A stretch of DNA of 16,872 nt from Candidatus Krumholzibacteriia bacterium (GTDB lineage: Bacteria > Krumholzibacteriota > Krumholzibacteriia > WVZY01), in NCBI GenBank assembly GCA_046754105.1, contig JBHHVD010000070.1:1-16872 (forward strand). Direction: 5' to 3'. The position numbers were made by a program, and so were the translations under genes. Below, piece by piece: positions 8,116-16,163 of the stretch; positions within the stretch are counted from its first letter, which is position 1; every line of letters begins with the position of its first letter. The notes below the pieces were generated by a model that did not search any database, had not been told where the DNA came from, and was given only the letters and a program-made list of their open reading frames with translations.

Positions 8116-9654
8116 TTGCCCGAAAACGGAATTGCCATACTCGACTATGGTTCTCAATACACCCAACTCATCGCACGCCGCATCCGTTCCAAGAGAGTCT
8201 ATTCCCGAATCCTTCCGTTCTCCGCTCCCGCCGAGCGCGTGCTAACGCCCCAGACGCGGGGTATTATTCTCTCCGGAGGCCCGTCGAGTGTTTTTGGAGA
8301 CGACGCGCCCGGACTACCGGCGTGGTTCGATGACGTCGCGGTACCGGTCCTCGGCATCTGCTACGGCATGCAACTGATCGCGCAGCGCGGCGGCGCGAAG
8401 GTGGACAGCTCCGACGCCGGAGAATACGGACACACCGAAATAGAGGTTTCCGATCAGAGCGGCGTGCTGGCGGGTACTTCACCTCGTTTCAAAGTGTGGA
8501 TGAGTCACGGGGACAGGATCCTCGAGGCGCCGCGCGGATACCGGGTATTGGCGTCTTCGCAGGACAGCCCCGCCGCGGCCTTCGCCGACGCGAAGGGGCG
8601 GGAGTTTGGAGTCCAGTTCCACCCGGAGGTGCACCACACCGAGCACGGCGACAAGATTCTCGAGAATTTTATTTTTGATATCTGCGGCTGCGCGCCCGAT
8701 TGGCGCCCCGGCAGCGTCATCGACACGACGATAGACGAGATCCGTCGAACGGTGGGACAGGGAAGGATCGTCTGCGCTGTAAGCGGCGGCGTGGACAGCT
8801 CGGTCGCGGCGTGCTTCGTGGACCGGGCGGTTGGAGGGAACCTCGTGTGCGTGTTCGTCGACAACGGTTTCCTGAGGGAGGGGGAAGCGGCGGAGGTACG
8901 CGCGATGCTGGAGAGCCAGCTGTCGGCGCCGCCGGTCTTCGTGGACGCCGGGGCTCGCTTTCTCGAACGCCTGCGGGGTATCACGGACCCCGAAGAAAAG
9001 CGACGGCGTATCGGCAATTTGTTCATCGATGTTTTCGAGGAAGTCAGCCGCGACAGGGGACCTTTCGAGTTCCTTGCCCAGGGGACCCTGTACCCCGATC
9101 GTATCGAGAGCGTGGCGACGTCCGGACCGTCCGCGACGATAAAGACGCACCACAACGTCGGCGGGCTGCCGGAAAAGCTCAATTTCAAACTCGTGGAACC
9201 GCTCGGTGATCTGTTCAAGGATGAGGTTAGGGAACTTGGCGCGGAACTCGGACTGCCGGCTGCGCAGCTGGCGAGGCATCCGTTTCCTGGCCCGGGACTT
9301 GCTGTCAGGGTCCTGGGAGAAGTGACTGCGGAAAGACTGACCGTCCTGCGACAGGCGGACAAGATGTTCATAGACGGCCTGAGAACGTGGAATCTCTACG
9401 ATGAGGTGTGGCAGGCAGGCGCCATTCTGCTGCCCGTGCAGAGCGTCGGCGTCATGGGTGACGCCCGCACGTACGAGAACGCGGTGGTGCTCAGAGCCGT
9501 GACCAGCACGGACGGCATGACGGCGGATTGGGCAAGACTGGACAATGCCTTCTTGCAGGAAGTCGCCAGCGGCATTATTAATTCTGTGACGGGGATCAAC
9601 CGGGTTGTGTACGATGTCAGCTCCAAACCGCCGAGTACGATCGAGTGGGAATGA
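8116..9654 (+). CDS. guaA: GMP synthase (glutamine-hydrolysing)
   Basis: ILDYGSQYTQLIARR, GICYGMQ, QFHPEV, SGGVDS, QGTLYPDRIES, IKTHHNVGGLP, RHPFPGPGL and C-terminal KPPSTIEWE. TTG start. Confidence 0.97.
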   Translation: MPENGIAILDYGSQYTQLIARRIRSKRVYSRILPFSAPAERVLTPQTRGIILSGGPSSVFGDDAPGLPAWFDDVAVPVLGICYGMQLIAQRGGAKVDSSDAGEYGHTEIEVSDQSGVLAGTSPRFKVWMSHGDRILEAPRGYRVLASSQDSPAAAFADAKGREFGVQFHPEVHHTEHGDKILENFIFDICGCAPDWRPGSVIDTTIDEIRRTVGQGRIVCAVSGGVDSSVAACFVDRAVGGNLVCVFVDNGFLREGEAAEVRAMLESQLSAPPVFVDAGARFLERLRGITDPEEKRRRIGNLFIDVFEEVSRDRGPFEFLAQGTLYPDRIESVATSGPSATIKTHHNVGGLPEKLNFKLVEPLGDLFKDEVRELGAELGLPAAQLARHPFPGPGLAVRVLGEVTAERLTVLRQADKMFIDGLRTWNLYDEVWQAGAILLPVQSVGVMGDARTYENAVVLRAVTSTDGMTADWARLDNAFLQEVASGIINSVTGINRVVYDVSSKPPSTIEWE

Positions 9655-9726
9655 CCTCGGAGGAACGTTATCGTCGACGGCCTGAACATCACGTCCTCGC
9701 GGACGAAGATGGGAGACGTTGCGTCC

Positions 9727-12123
9727 ATGCCGCGCAGAGTGCTCCCCCTCGTGCTGGTTTTCCTCTTTGTGGTGAGACCGGTTCCGTGCTCATCCGCCAC
9801 CTCCGACGCCCTTGAACTCCTCGTTAAACGCGCCCCGCAAAGCCTGCGGGGAGAAGTCATCGATCTGGACGACACCTGGACCGGGGCCCGGCTGCTGGCC
9901 CATTTCGGGGAGAGCGAGCGGGCGTATGGCCTGCTGCGTAAAGTGCCCGCGGCGACGGAGCACGCCTACGCGGAGGGCTTCCAGGCGAGACTGCTGGCCG
10001 AGATCGGCTTGTACGAGCGGGCCGACAGCGTGCTCGCGCTGCAGGCCTATTCCGGGGGCCTCGAGACCTACTACACCCTGTGCATGCAGCGGGCACGGCT
10101 CAACACGCTTGCGGGACGATACGAGAGGGCCCTGCGCTTCATAGCGCTGGTCGACAGCCTCGACATACCCGCCTTCGAACCGTACGTGGATTTCATCGCG
10201 CTCGATGCATTGACACAAACCGGGCGCTTCGACGAGGCATGTGCGGTTGGTGAGAGGCGTCTTGCCAAGGGTATCCCGCTGTCCCTCTCACCACAATTCG
10301 AGCAGTACCTGTTGGACGCGTTTCTCGGCGCCGGCAAACTCGACAAGGCACGCCGCTTCATCAAGGTTTTGAAGAGCCGTCGGAGTCGATCGCGGACCAT
10401 GGCCCCGCTCCTGGTTCGTGAGGTCGACTTGATGCTGGAGCTTCAGGACACGCTGCAGGCCGTGCAATCGGCGTTTGATATCGCCCGGCATCGGAGCACC
10501 CGCCACGTGGCTCTCGACGCCGTGGAGCGAATCACGAGCGTCGTGCCGCTGGCCGTGGTGGGAGAGGACGCGCTGCTCAGGTTTTGCGACGTCTTGCTGA
10601 AGGGTGCCGATCTGGCCGGCGCGGACCGGGTGACCTCGGAGCTGAGAAACCGCGAGCTCAACAAGTCGCAGCGAGAACGCAGAACCCTGTTTCTGGCGGA
10701 TCTGTACTACAAGGAGAAACGCTACAGCAAATCGTTCGGTCTGATCCGGAACAAGTTCGCAAGCCCCTCACTGGAACGGTCGGCGATGCTGATGAGGGCG
10801 AGAATCTACCGTAAGACAGGACAGACGGTGCGCTCTGCGGACACGTACGTCGACTTCGCCACTCGCTATCCGTACGATGCCAAGGCGGCGGAATCACTGC
10901 TGGTCGCGGCGGACCTCTACATGCGCTCGGCGAACCGTAAGAAGTCGCTAGAACTGCTCAACCGCATCAACGCGACGTACCCCAGCCACCGGTACGCGAG
11001 GGTCGCCACGCAGAAACTCGCCGTGTATTACATGAGCCGCAAGCACTACTCTCGCGGTGTGGGCATTCTGGAGAAAGCGCTCGAGCGCACGGGCAGGAAG
11101 AGCGAGGATCTGCTTTTTTATCTGGCCGACGCGTACGGGCGTATGGGAAAGCCGGAGAAGCGCAGCCAACTCTTGTCCGAACTCGAAGCGTTGAATCCCG
11201 AGTCGTTTTATCTCGAACCGCACATCGCGAGTTCTTACACGCTGCCCATCATGACCGGTGCGGGAACGGTGGCGCTCGGGGGCGACCGCGGGCTGTTGGA
11301 ATTTCTAAAGAACGTGTTCAACCGCCGGGAGCGGAGTTACGATCTCGTGCGCGAAGCGTTGCCCACGCTCAAAAAGAGCAACCGGCTCGAAAACAGCGCC
11401 GTTTATCTGCAGCGTGGGCGATTGTTCCTGCAAATGGGTTTCAGGGACTGGGCGGAGTTGGAGTTACAGGTGCTCGAGTCACGCCGGTTGCCCGCGCGCG
11501 TGTCCTTCGAGTTGGGGGTCCTGTACGACGATTTCGCAATGCACTGGAAAAGCGTTCGCGCGTTCCAACGTGTCTATTACGCGCTCAAGAGCGAGACCCG
11601 GCGCGCGCTGGGCGCCCAGTTCAAGATCCTGATGTATCCAGTGCCCTATCCCGCGTTGGTGTTCGAGAATTGCTCGCGCTACGATATTCCTCCGCACCTC
11701 GTGTACGCGATGATGCGGCGCGAGAGCCGTTTCGACCTCAACGCCGTCTCGCGGGCCGGCGCCGTCGGGCTCATGCAGCTGATGCCGCAAACCGGCGAAG
11801 AAGTCGCCAGCCGTCTGGGGTTTCCCGATGGAGTCCAGAACAATCTGCTCAGCCCCGAAATCAACCTGACCTTTGGGATCTGGTACGCTTCACATTTGCT
11901 CACACGATCCGGTGATGACCCGCTGATGATGCTTTCCGCTTATAACGCCGGCTTCGGAAACGCCAGGCGCTGGTTCGGCGGCAAGCGCGAAGGCGCGGCG
12001 GTAGTGGACGACATCGATTACCGGGAGACGAGGGACTATATCAAGGCGATCGTGGAGGCCGCGCGCGTCTATCACCGCTTCTACTTCGACGTTCATTCTG
12101 CTTCCGGGACTCCTTCACAGTGA
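9727..12123 (+). CDS. Exported TPR-repeat Slt-family lytic transglycosylase
   Basis: Signal-peptide-like MPRRVLPLVLVFLFVV and helical TPR-like repeats (e.g. YVDFATRYPYDAKAAESLLVAADLY). C-terminal SLT domain: AMMRRESRF, AGAVGLMQLMP, NLTFGIWY, AYNAG, ETRDYI. ATG 9727 follows GGGAG; ATG 9709 is an alternative. Confidence 0.9.
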   Translation: MPRRVLPLVLVFLFVVRPVPCSSATSDALELLVKRAPQSLRGEVIDLDDTWTGARLLAHFGESERAYGLLRKVPAATEHAYAEGFQARLLAEIGLYERADSVLALQAYSGGLETYYTLCMQRARLNTLAGRYERALRFIALVDSLDIPAFEPYVDFIALDALTQTGRFDEACAVGERRLAKGIPLSLSPQFEQYLLDAFLGAGKLDKARRFIKVLKSRRSRSRTMAPLLVREVDLMLELQDTLQAVQSAFDIARHRSTRHVALDAVERITSVVPLAVVGEDALLRFCDVLLKGADLAGADRVTSELRNRELNKSQRERRTLFLADLYYKEKRYSKSFGLIRNKFASPSLERSAMLMRARIYRKTGQTVRSADTYVDFATRYPYDAKAAESLLVAADLYMRSANRKKSLELLNRINATYPSHRYARVATQKLAVYYMSRKHYSRGVGILEKALERTGRKSEDLLFYLADAYGRMGKPEKRSQLLSELEALNPESFYLEPHIASSYTLPIMTGAGTVALGGDRGLLEFLKNVFNRRERSYDLVREALPTLKKSNRLENSAVYLQRGRLFLQMGFRDWAELELQVLESRRLPARVSFELGVLYDDFAMHWKSVRAFQRVYYALKSETRRALGAQFKILMYPVPYPALVFENCSRYDIPPHLVYAMMRRESRFDLNAVSRAGAVGLMQLMPQTGEEVASRLGFPDGVQNNLLSPEINLTFGIWYASHLLTRSGDDPLMMLSAYNAGFGNARRWFGGKREGAAVVDDIDYRETRDYIKAIVEAARVYHRFYFDVHSASGTPSQ

Positions 12124-12336
12124 CGACGTGACCATGCCGCCAGCGCCCGTCGACGCGTCGCAAATTGCACGTCGCGCGCGTCCCCGCGCGCTGGAGCGAT
12201 CCGTCCCCGGCGGTTCCATCCGTGGCGAGGCAGCAAACTGCGTCGTGACTCCGGGCCGGTGGGGTCGCGGGAAGGGATTTCCTGCCCCGCGGAGCCCCGC
12301 CCCGGCGCTGCGACACGGCGATGCGCACCCGGGGCC

Positions 12337-12353
12337 TTGGCCCTATATTTGCT
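12337..12353 (+). promoter_or_regulatory. Candidate sigma54 (-24/-12) promoter for the TPR / J-TPR genes
   Basis: TTGGCCCTATATTTGCT has GG-N10-GC spacing with TGGC and TTGCT, in a long intergenic region about 155 bp upstream of ATG 12508. Confidence 0.55.
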
Positions 12354-12507
12354 ACGTTCGCACCGGTATAGGCAACATCCCATGTTTCGTAACAGGTGCA
12401 TAATCTGTTGTCGATAAAGGAGTAGGAATACTCCCGTGCCTGTGGGCGGCGGTTCTGACGTCCGGCTCTTTCGGCCGGCCGCCGTGTACTCTATTCAGGG
12501 GTTGACC

Positions 12508-13446
12508 ATGTTTCTCAAGCGATTCTTCAACTTCATTCCAAGAAATGACTATTCCCGTGCGCTGGACCTCTTCAACGAGGGGCATTACCACAAGGCGCTA
12601 AAGATGTTCGAGCGTTTGCTAGCGGACCGGAAGCAGGATGACAACCTCGACGTGGCGACGGTCGAGCTCTTTGCCTGTGAGGCCCACGTGGCGTTGAGCC
12701 GCGAGCAGAACAACTCCGGTAACGCCTCCGGGGCGTTGCAGGAAATGGAGAAGGCGGTGGCGCTCAAGCCGGGCTTCGCCGACCTTCGTTTCAATCTCGG
12801 CAACCTGTATATGGACGCCGGCCGCTACGACGATGCCAGAAAGAACTTCTCGACCGCGCTGGAGATCAACCCCAAGTTCTTCAAGGCGTCGGTGAGCCTG
12901 GCGCGAGCGCTCTTCACCGGTGGCGATTCCGCGGGGGCCGGGAGCGCCATCGATCAGGCGGGTGAAAACTGCCCGAATTTCTACAAGGACAACCTCAACG
13001 AGTTGGCACAAATGCTTCGGGTTCACAAAGATGACGATGCGGTGCGGCGCGCGTTTCACGCCATACTCGAAGAGAGGCCGAGCTCCGCGCAGATCAGCCG
13101 TGAGGTGGCGATCGAGGCCATCCAGAACGGCAATTACGAAGAAGCGATCCGGGAGTTGAAAAAGGCCATAGCGCTCAAGCCGGACTATCCAGACCTGCAC
13201 AACTACCTGGGGATCGCGTACGGCAACAGCGGCATGTCGGACGATGCCATCGAGGAATTCGAGGTAGCCTTGAAAATCAACCCATACTATCTCAAAGCAC
13301 GCCTGAATCTGGCGCTGGCCCTGTACGAGGGCGAGCGTTACCTCGAGGCGCAAAACCACATCGAGCGCGTGTTGAGCGTCAAGCCGGATAACCAACTGGC
13401 GAACAACCTGCTGGACGAATTGAGAGCCGTCACGGACAAAAGGTAG
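12508..13446 (+). CDS. Tetratricopeptide repeat protein
   Basis: Clear TPRs: ALKPGFADLRFNLGNLY, ALEINPKF, ALKPDYPDLHNYLGIAY, ALKINPYY. ATG 12508 follows AGGGG; in-frame GTG 12436 is an alternative. Confidence 0.88.
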   Translation: MFLKRFFNFIPRNDYSRALDLFNEGHYHKALKMFERLLADRKQDDNLDVATVELFACEAHVALSREQNNSGNASGALQEMEKAVALKPGFADLRFNLGNLYMDAGRYDDARKNFSTALEINPKFFKASVSLARALFTGGDSAGAGSAIDQAGENCPNFYKDNLNELAQMLRVHKDDDAVRRAFHAILEERPSSAQISREVAIEAIQNGNYEEAIRELKKAIALKPDYPDLHNYLGIAYGNSGMSDDAIEEFEVALKINPYYLKARLNLALALYEGERYLEAQNHIERVLSVKPDNQLANNLLDELRAVTDKR

Positions 13447-13452
13447 CTATTC

Positions 13453-14172
13453 ATGGCAAAGAGCCAACCATTCGTCGATTACTACCGGGTGCTGCAAGTG
13501 TGGCCGACGGCGTCCGAAGAACAGATCAAGAAGGCCTATTTCAAGCTTGCAAAGCTTCACCACCCCGACGTTGCCAAGGGCTCGGGCGAGGACGAGAAGT
13601 CATCGGTGGATTTCAAGCTGATAAACGAGGCCTACGCGGCTCTCAGCGACCCAACCAAGCGGCGCGAGTTTGACGAGAGCCTCAAGCGACACGGGGGTGG
13701 TGGTGGGCAGGCCGTGCAGGAAAAGGACGTCCGATCCGCACAGCTGGCCTACGAGCAGGCGAGAACCGCGATGAAACACAACCGTTACGACAAGGCGGTC
13801 GTGCTGCTCAAGAGCGCCGTCAAATACGACGGGTCGAACCCTGCCTATCACAGCTGGTATGGATTCGCGCTCGCCGCGTTGAACACTCGGCTGCACGAGG
13901 CGAGGGACGTGTGCAAGAAGGCCCTCGAAATGGAATTCTATAACGCCGACTATCACGCCAACCTCGGCTTCGTCTATCACCAGGCGGGTCTCAAGAGCAC
14001 GGCCAACGAATGTTTCCGCGAAGCCATGAAATGGGACCCTGAGCACCCGATCGCGACCAAATACCTGCATTCGTCGGAAGCACCGAACGGGAGCGGGATC
14101 AATAACGTGGTGCGCAGCGTCGTGTCGCTCGTCGGCGGTGTATTCGGCAAGAAAACACCCACGGAAACATAG
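13453..14172 (+). CDS. J-domain (DnaJ class C) protein with C-terminal TPRs
   Basis: DYYRVLQV...EQIKKAYFKLAKLHHPD...FKLINEAYAALSDPTKRREFD with an intact HPD motif, a Gly linker, then about 3 TPRs (NPAYHSWYG, NADYHANLG). Starts 6 bp after the upstream stop. Confidence 0.9.
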   Translation: MAKSQPFVDYYRVLQVWPTASEEQIKKAYFKLAKLHHPDVAKGSGEDEKSSVDFKLINEAYAALSDPTKRREFDESLKRHGGGGGQAVQEKDVRSAQLAYEQARTAMKHNRYDKAVVLLKSAVKYDGSNPAYHSWYGFALAALNTRLHEARDVCKKALEMEFYNADYHANLGFVYHQAGLKSTANECFREAMKWDPEHPIATKYLHSSEAPNGSGINNVVRSVVSLVGGVFGKKTPTET

Positions 14173-14206
14173 CGTCCGCAACGTCTTCTCCATGTGAAAT
14201 CTGCGG

Positions 14207-14236
14207 TTGACAACGCCCACAGGGTCCTTGTTTAAT
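14207..14236 (+). promoter_or_regulatory. Candidate sigma70 promoter
   Basis: TTGACA (14207-14212), 18-bp spacer, TTTAAT (14231-14236), then GGAG and ATG 14255. Confidence 0.55.
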
Positions 14237-14254
14237 CCCTGCTGGAGCGGCGAC

Positions 14255-16150
14255 ATGATTCACAGAGAGCTGGCCTTTTACCCCGAGACCGAACGAACCC
14301 GGGATCTGATTTATTCCGAGTACACGAGCTGCAACCGCAGCATTCACGTCCTCATGCAGGACGCCGGTCTTCCCAACTATCGTTTTCTGCTCGACGCCTA
14401 CAGGGAACTGGTACGCCGGTACGCGTCCGTGTCCAGGCTCGAGTCGGCCACGGCCTTTCTCGCCGAGCTGGCGGTGCGCCTCGAGGAACTGTCGCTCGCG
14501 GCGAATTTCAACGTGGCGGACCTGCGGGCGACAGGCTTTTACGTGCTGGTGAGAGCCACCGACGCGTACTACCTGATGACCTCGAAGGATGACGGGGTTT
14601 ACCTCCACGCCGGCGGTGAGTTGCTGGGCCTTGCAGACCTTCCGGAGGACCAGGTGGAGCGGCTCCATTTCGCCGGCGGCGGGTTGCAGGAGGAGCTGTT
14701 TCCGCAGCGGCTCCGCGATTGCTTTCTGCTCTTCCGACTCGACCGCGATTGTGTCCCGGGGCGGGACATCCTCCTTGGCTGCGGGGAGGAGGCGAAGAGC
14801 GCCGTCATCGAGGCGTTGAATGATCCTGGGCGGGCGCCGCGCGGGCGCGACAGCGTCTCGTCGAAATTCATCACGCACAAGATTCTCTCCGTCCGTTTCG
14901 AACGCCACCTTGGGGTAGCCGAGGGGCCGCGGCGGCGGTTGTGGCCGGCCGCCTGGGCCTTGCGTAAGGAGCGAGTCGCCGTGGCCGGAGCCCTGGCCGC
15001 CCTTGTCGTCGTCGCGGGGTTGTGGGCGGGTGGCCGGTTGGGCGGGTCGCCGGGCGAGGACGGTGGGCCTGGAGGAGTGATTACGCGGCCGGAGAAGGCA
15101 GAAAGCGCGAACATCGCCCCGGAACCGGTGGAGGTCCCTCTCGCGTGGGAGACCGTGCGGTTGGCCGAGCGCTGGCGGCACAAGCGGGCGGAGGGTGTGA
15201 CCTCGTCGCCGGTCGGCTACGCCAACCGGGTTATTTATGGAGCGCGCGACGGCGGTGTGTACGCGGTCGACGGGGGATCCGGCGAGGTTGCGTGGACTGC
15301 GAAGGGGGCGCGAGGCATTGGCGCGACGCCGGCGATCGGCGGCACGGCCGTGGTGGTAGCGGACTACGGCGGACAAGTGAGGGCGTTGGACGCGGGTACG
15401 GGTGATGAGAGATGGCGCGCGAAACTGGGACAACGGATCGTCAGCTCACCGGCGATTATGGATGATCGCGTGCTCGTCGGATGCTATGATGCGTATGCGT
15501 ACTGCCTGGGTATGAAGGATGGGCGGGTGCTGTGGCGGCGCAAGACGGGCGGACGCATACGGGGTTCGATCGGCGCTGCGGGCGACATGTTCTACGTGCC
15601 GTCCTACGACGGGTACGTATACGCCCTGGCTGCCACGACTGGCGAGGTCCGCTGGCGGCGACGGTTGGGCGGTAGTATTGCGAGCGCGGCGGTCGCGCAC
15701 GGCCAGTGGGTCATCGTAGGCGCACCCGGGGGCGAGGTATACGCGCTCGCGGCGGAAAACGGGTCGGTCCGGTGGAGTTACCGGACAGGTGGAGCCGTGA
15801 AGTCATGGGCAGCCGTAGCGGGCGGCCGGGTGTATGTCGGGTCGAACGACCGGTCCGTCTATTGCCTGAACCTGGCCGACGGAAAGCTCATTTGGAAGTA
15901 CGAAACCGGAGACGTCGTGTTGTCGCGGCCGGCCGTTCACGAGGGCCTGGTGTTCGTCGGGTCCTACGACGGTCACATGTATTGTCTCGACGCCGTGAAG
16001 GGGACGTTGATCGATCGCTTCCAGAGCGGTGGCGCGATTTATTCCTCGCCGCTGATCGAGGGCGGCGCGGTGTACTTCGGCACGAACCGGGGATCTTTTG
16101 TTTGTCTATCGCCGGGTAAAGGGCCCGGCGGCCGGGGGCGTCAGCCATAG
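14255..16150 (+). CDS. Single-pass membrane protein: unknown (PP2C-like?) N-terminal domain + TM helix + PQQ-like/BamB-type 8-bladed beta-propeller
   Basis: TM segment VAVAGALAALVVVAGLWAGG follows a basic RRR/RK patch. Eight ~40-aa repeats of the type SSPxxxxxxVxVGSxDGxVYALDxxTGxxxW. GGAG RBS at 14244-14247. Confidence 0.85.
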   Translation: MIHRELAFYPETERTRDLIYSEYTSCNRSIHVLMQDAGLPNYRFLLDAYRELVRRYASVSRLESATAFLAELAVRLEELSLAANFNVADLRATGFYVLVRATDAYYLMTSKDDGVYLHAGGELLGLADLPEDQVERLHFAGGGLQEELFPQRLRDCFLLFRLDRDCVPGRDILLGCGEEAKSAVIEALNDPGRAPRGRDSVSSKFITHKILSVRFERHLGVAEGPRRRLWPAAWALRKERVAVAGALAALVVVAGLWAGGRLGGSPGEDGGPGGVITRPEKAESANIAPEPVEVPLAWETVRLAERWRHKRAEGVTSSPVGYANRVIYGARDGGVYAVDGGSGEVAWTAKGARGIGATPAIGGTAVVVADYGGQVRALDAGTGDERWRAKLGQRIVSSPAIMDDRVLVGCYDAYAYCLGMKDGRVLWRRKTGGRIRGSIGAAGDMFYVPSYDGYVYALAATTGEVRWRRRLGGSIASAAVAHGQWVIVGAPGGEVYALAAENGSVRWSYRTGGAVKSWAAVAGGRVYVGSNDRSVYCLNLADGKLIWKYETGDVVLSRPAVHEGLVFVGSYDGHMYCLDAVKGTLIDRFQSGGAIYSSPLIEGGAVYFGTNRGSFVCLSPGKGPGGRGRQP

Positions 16151-16163
16151 GAGGTTGTACCCG

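Noticed and set aside
9625..9720. guaA 3' end as a genomic-island integration site
   Set aside because: No integrase, no duplicated guaA 3' sequence and no compositional shift are seen downstream.
9652..9726. guaA and the slt gene are in the same frame with only one TGA between them (possible readthrough fusion)
   Set aside because: GuaA ends at its canonical IEWE, and the downstream protein has its own RBS and signal peptide. An open in-frame spacer of this length is common by chance at this GC content.
12242..12306. Resemblance to a ZMP/ZTP riboswitch (GTCGTGACT...GGTGGG...GCCCCGCC)
   Set aside because: It lacks the conserved GACUGGCG and GGGGAGCG elements and a proper P2 stem, and it lies downstream of the purine genes rather than upstream.
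12128..12403. 91-aa ORF, and the antisense ORFs, in the long intergenic region
   Set aside because: There is no RBS, the composition is low-complexity Pro/Arg/Ala, and it overlaps promoter-like motifs.
14207..14254. TTG start at 14207 given by the ORF track
   Set aside because: The TTG is part of a TTGACA -35-like box, and ATG 14255 has a properly spaced GGAG.
15163..16110. Calling the propeller protein BamB or a PQQ dehydrogenase
   Set aside because: It has no lipoprotein signal, a large N-terminal domain before the TM helix, and minimal blades with none of the insertions expected of a quinoprotein dehydrogenase.
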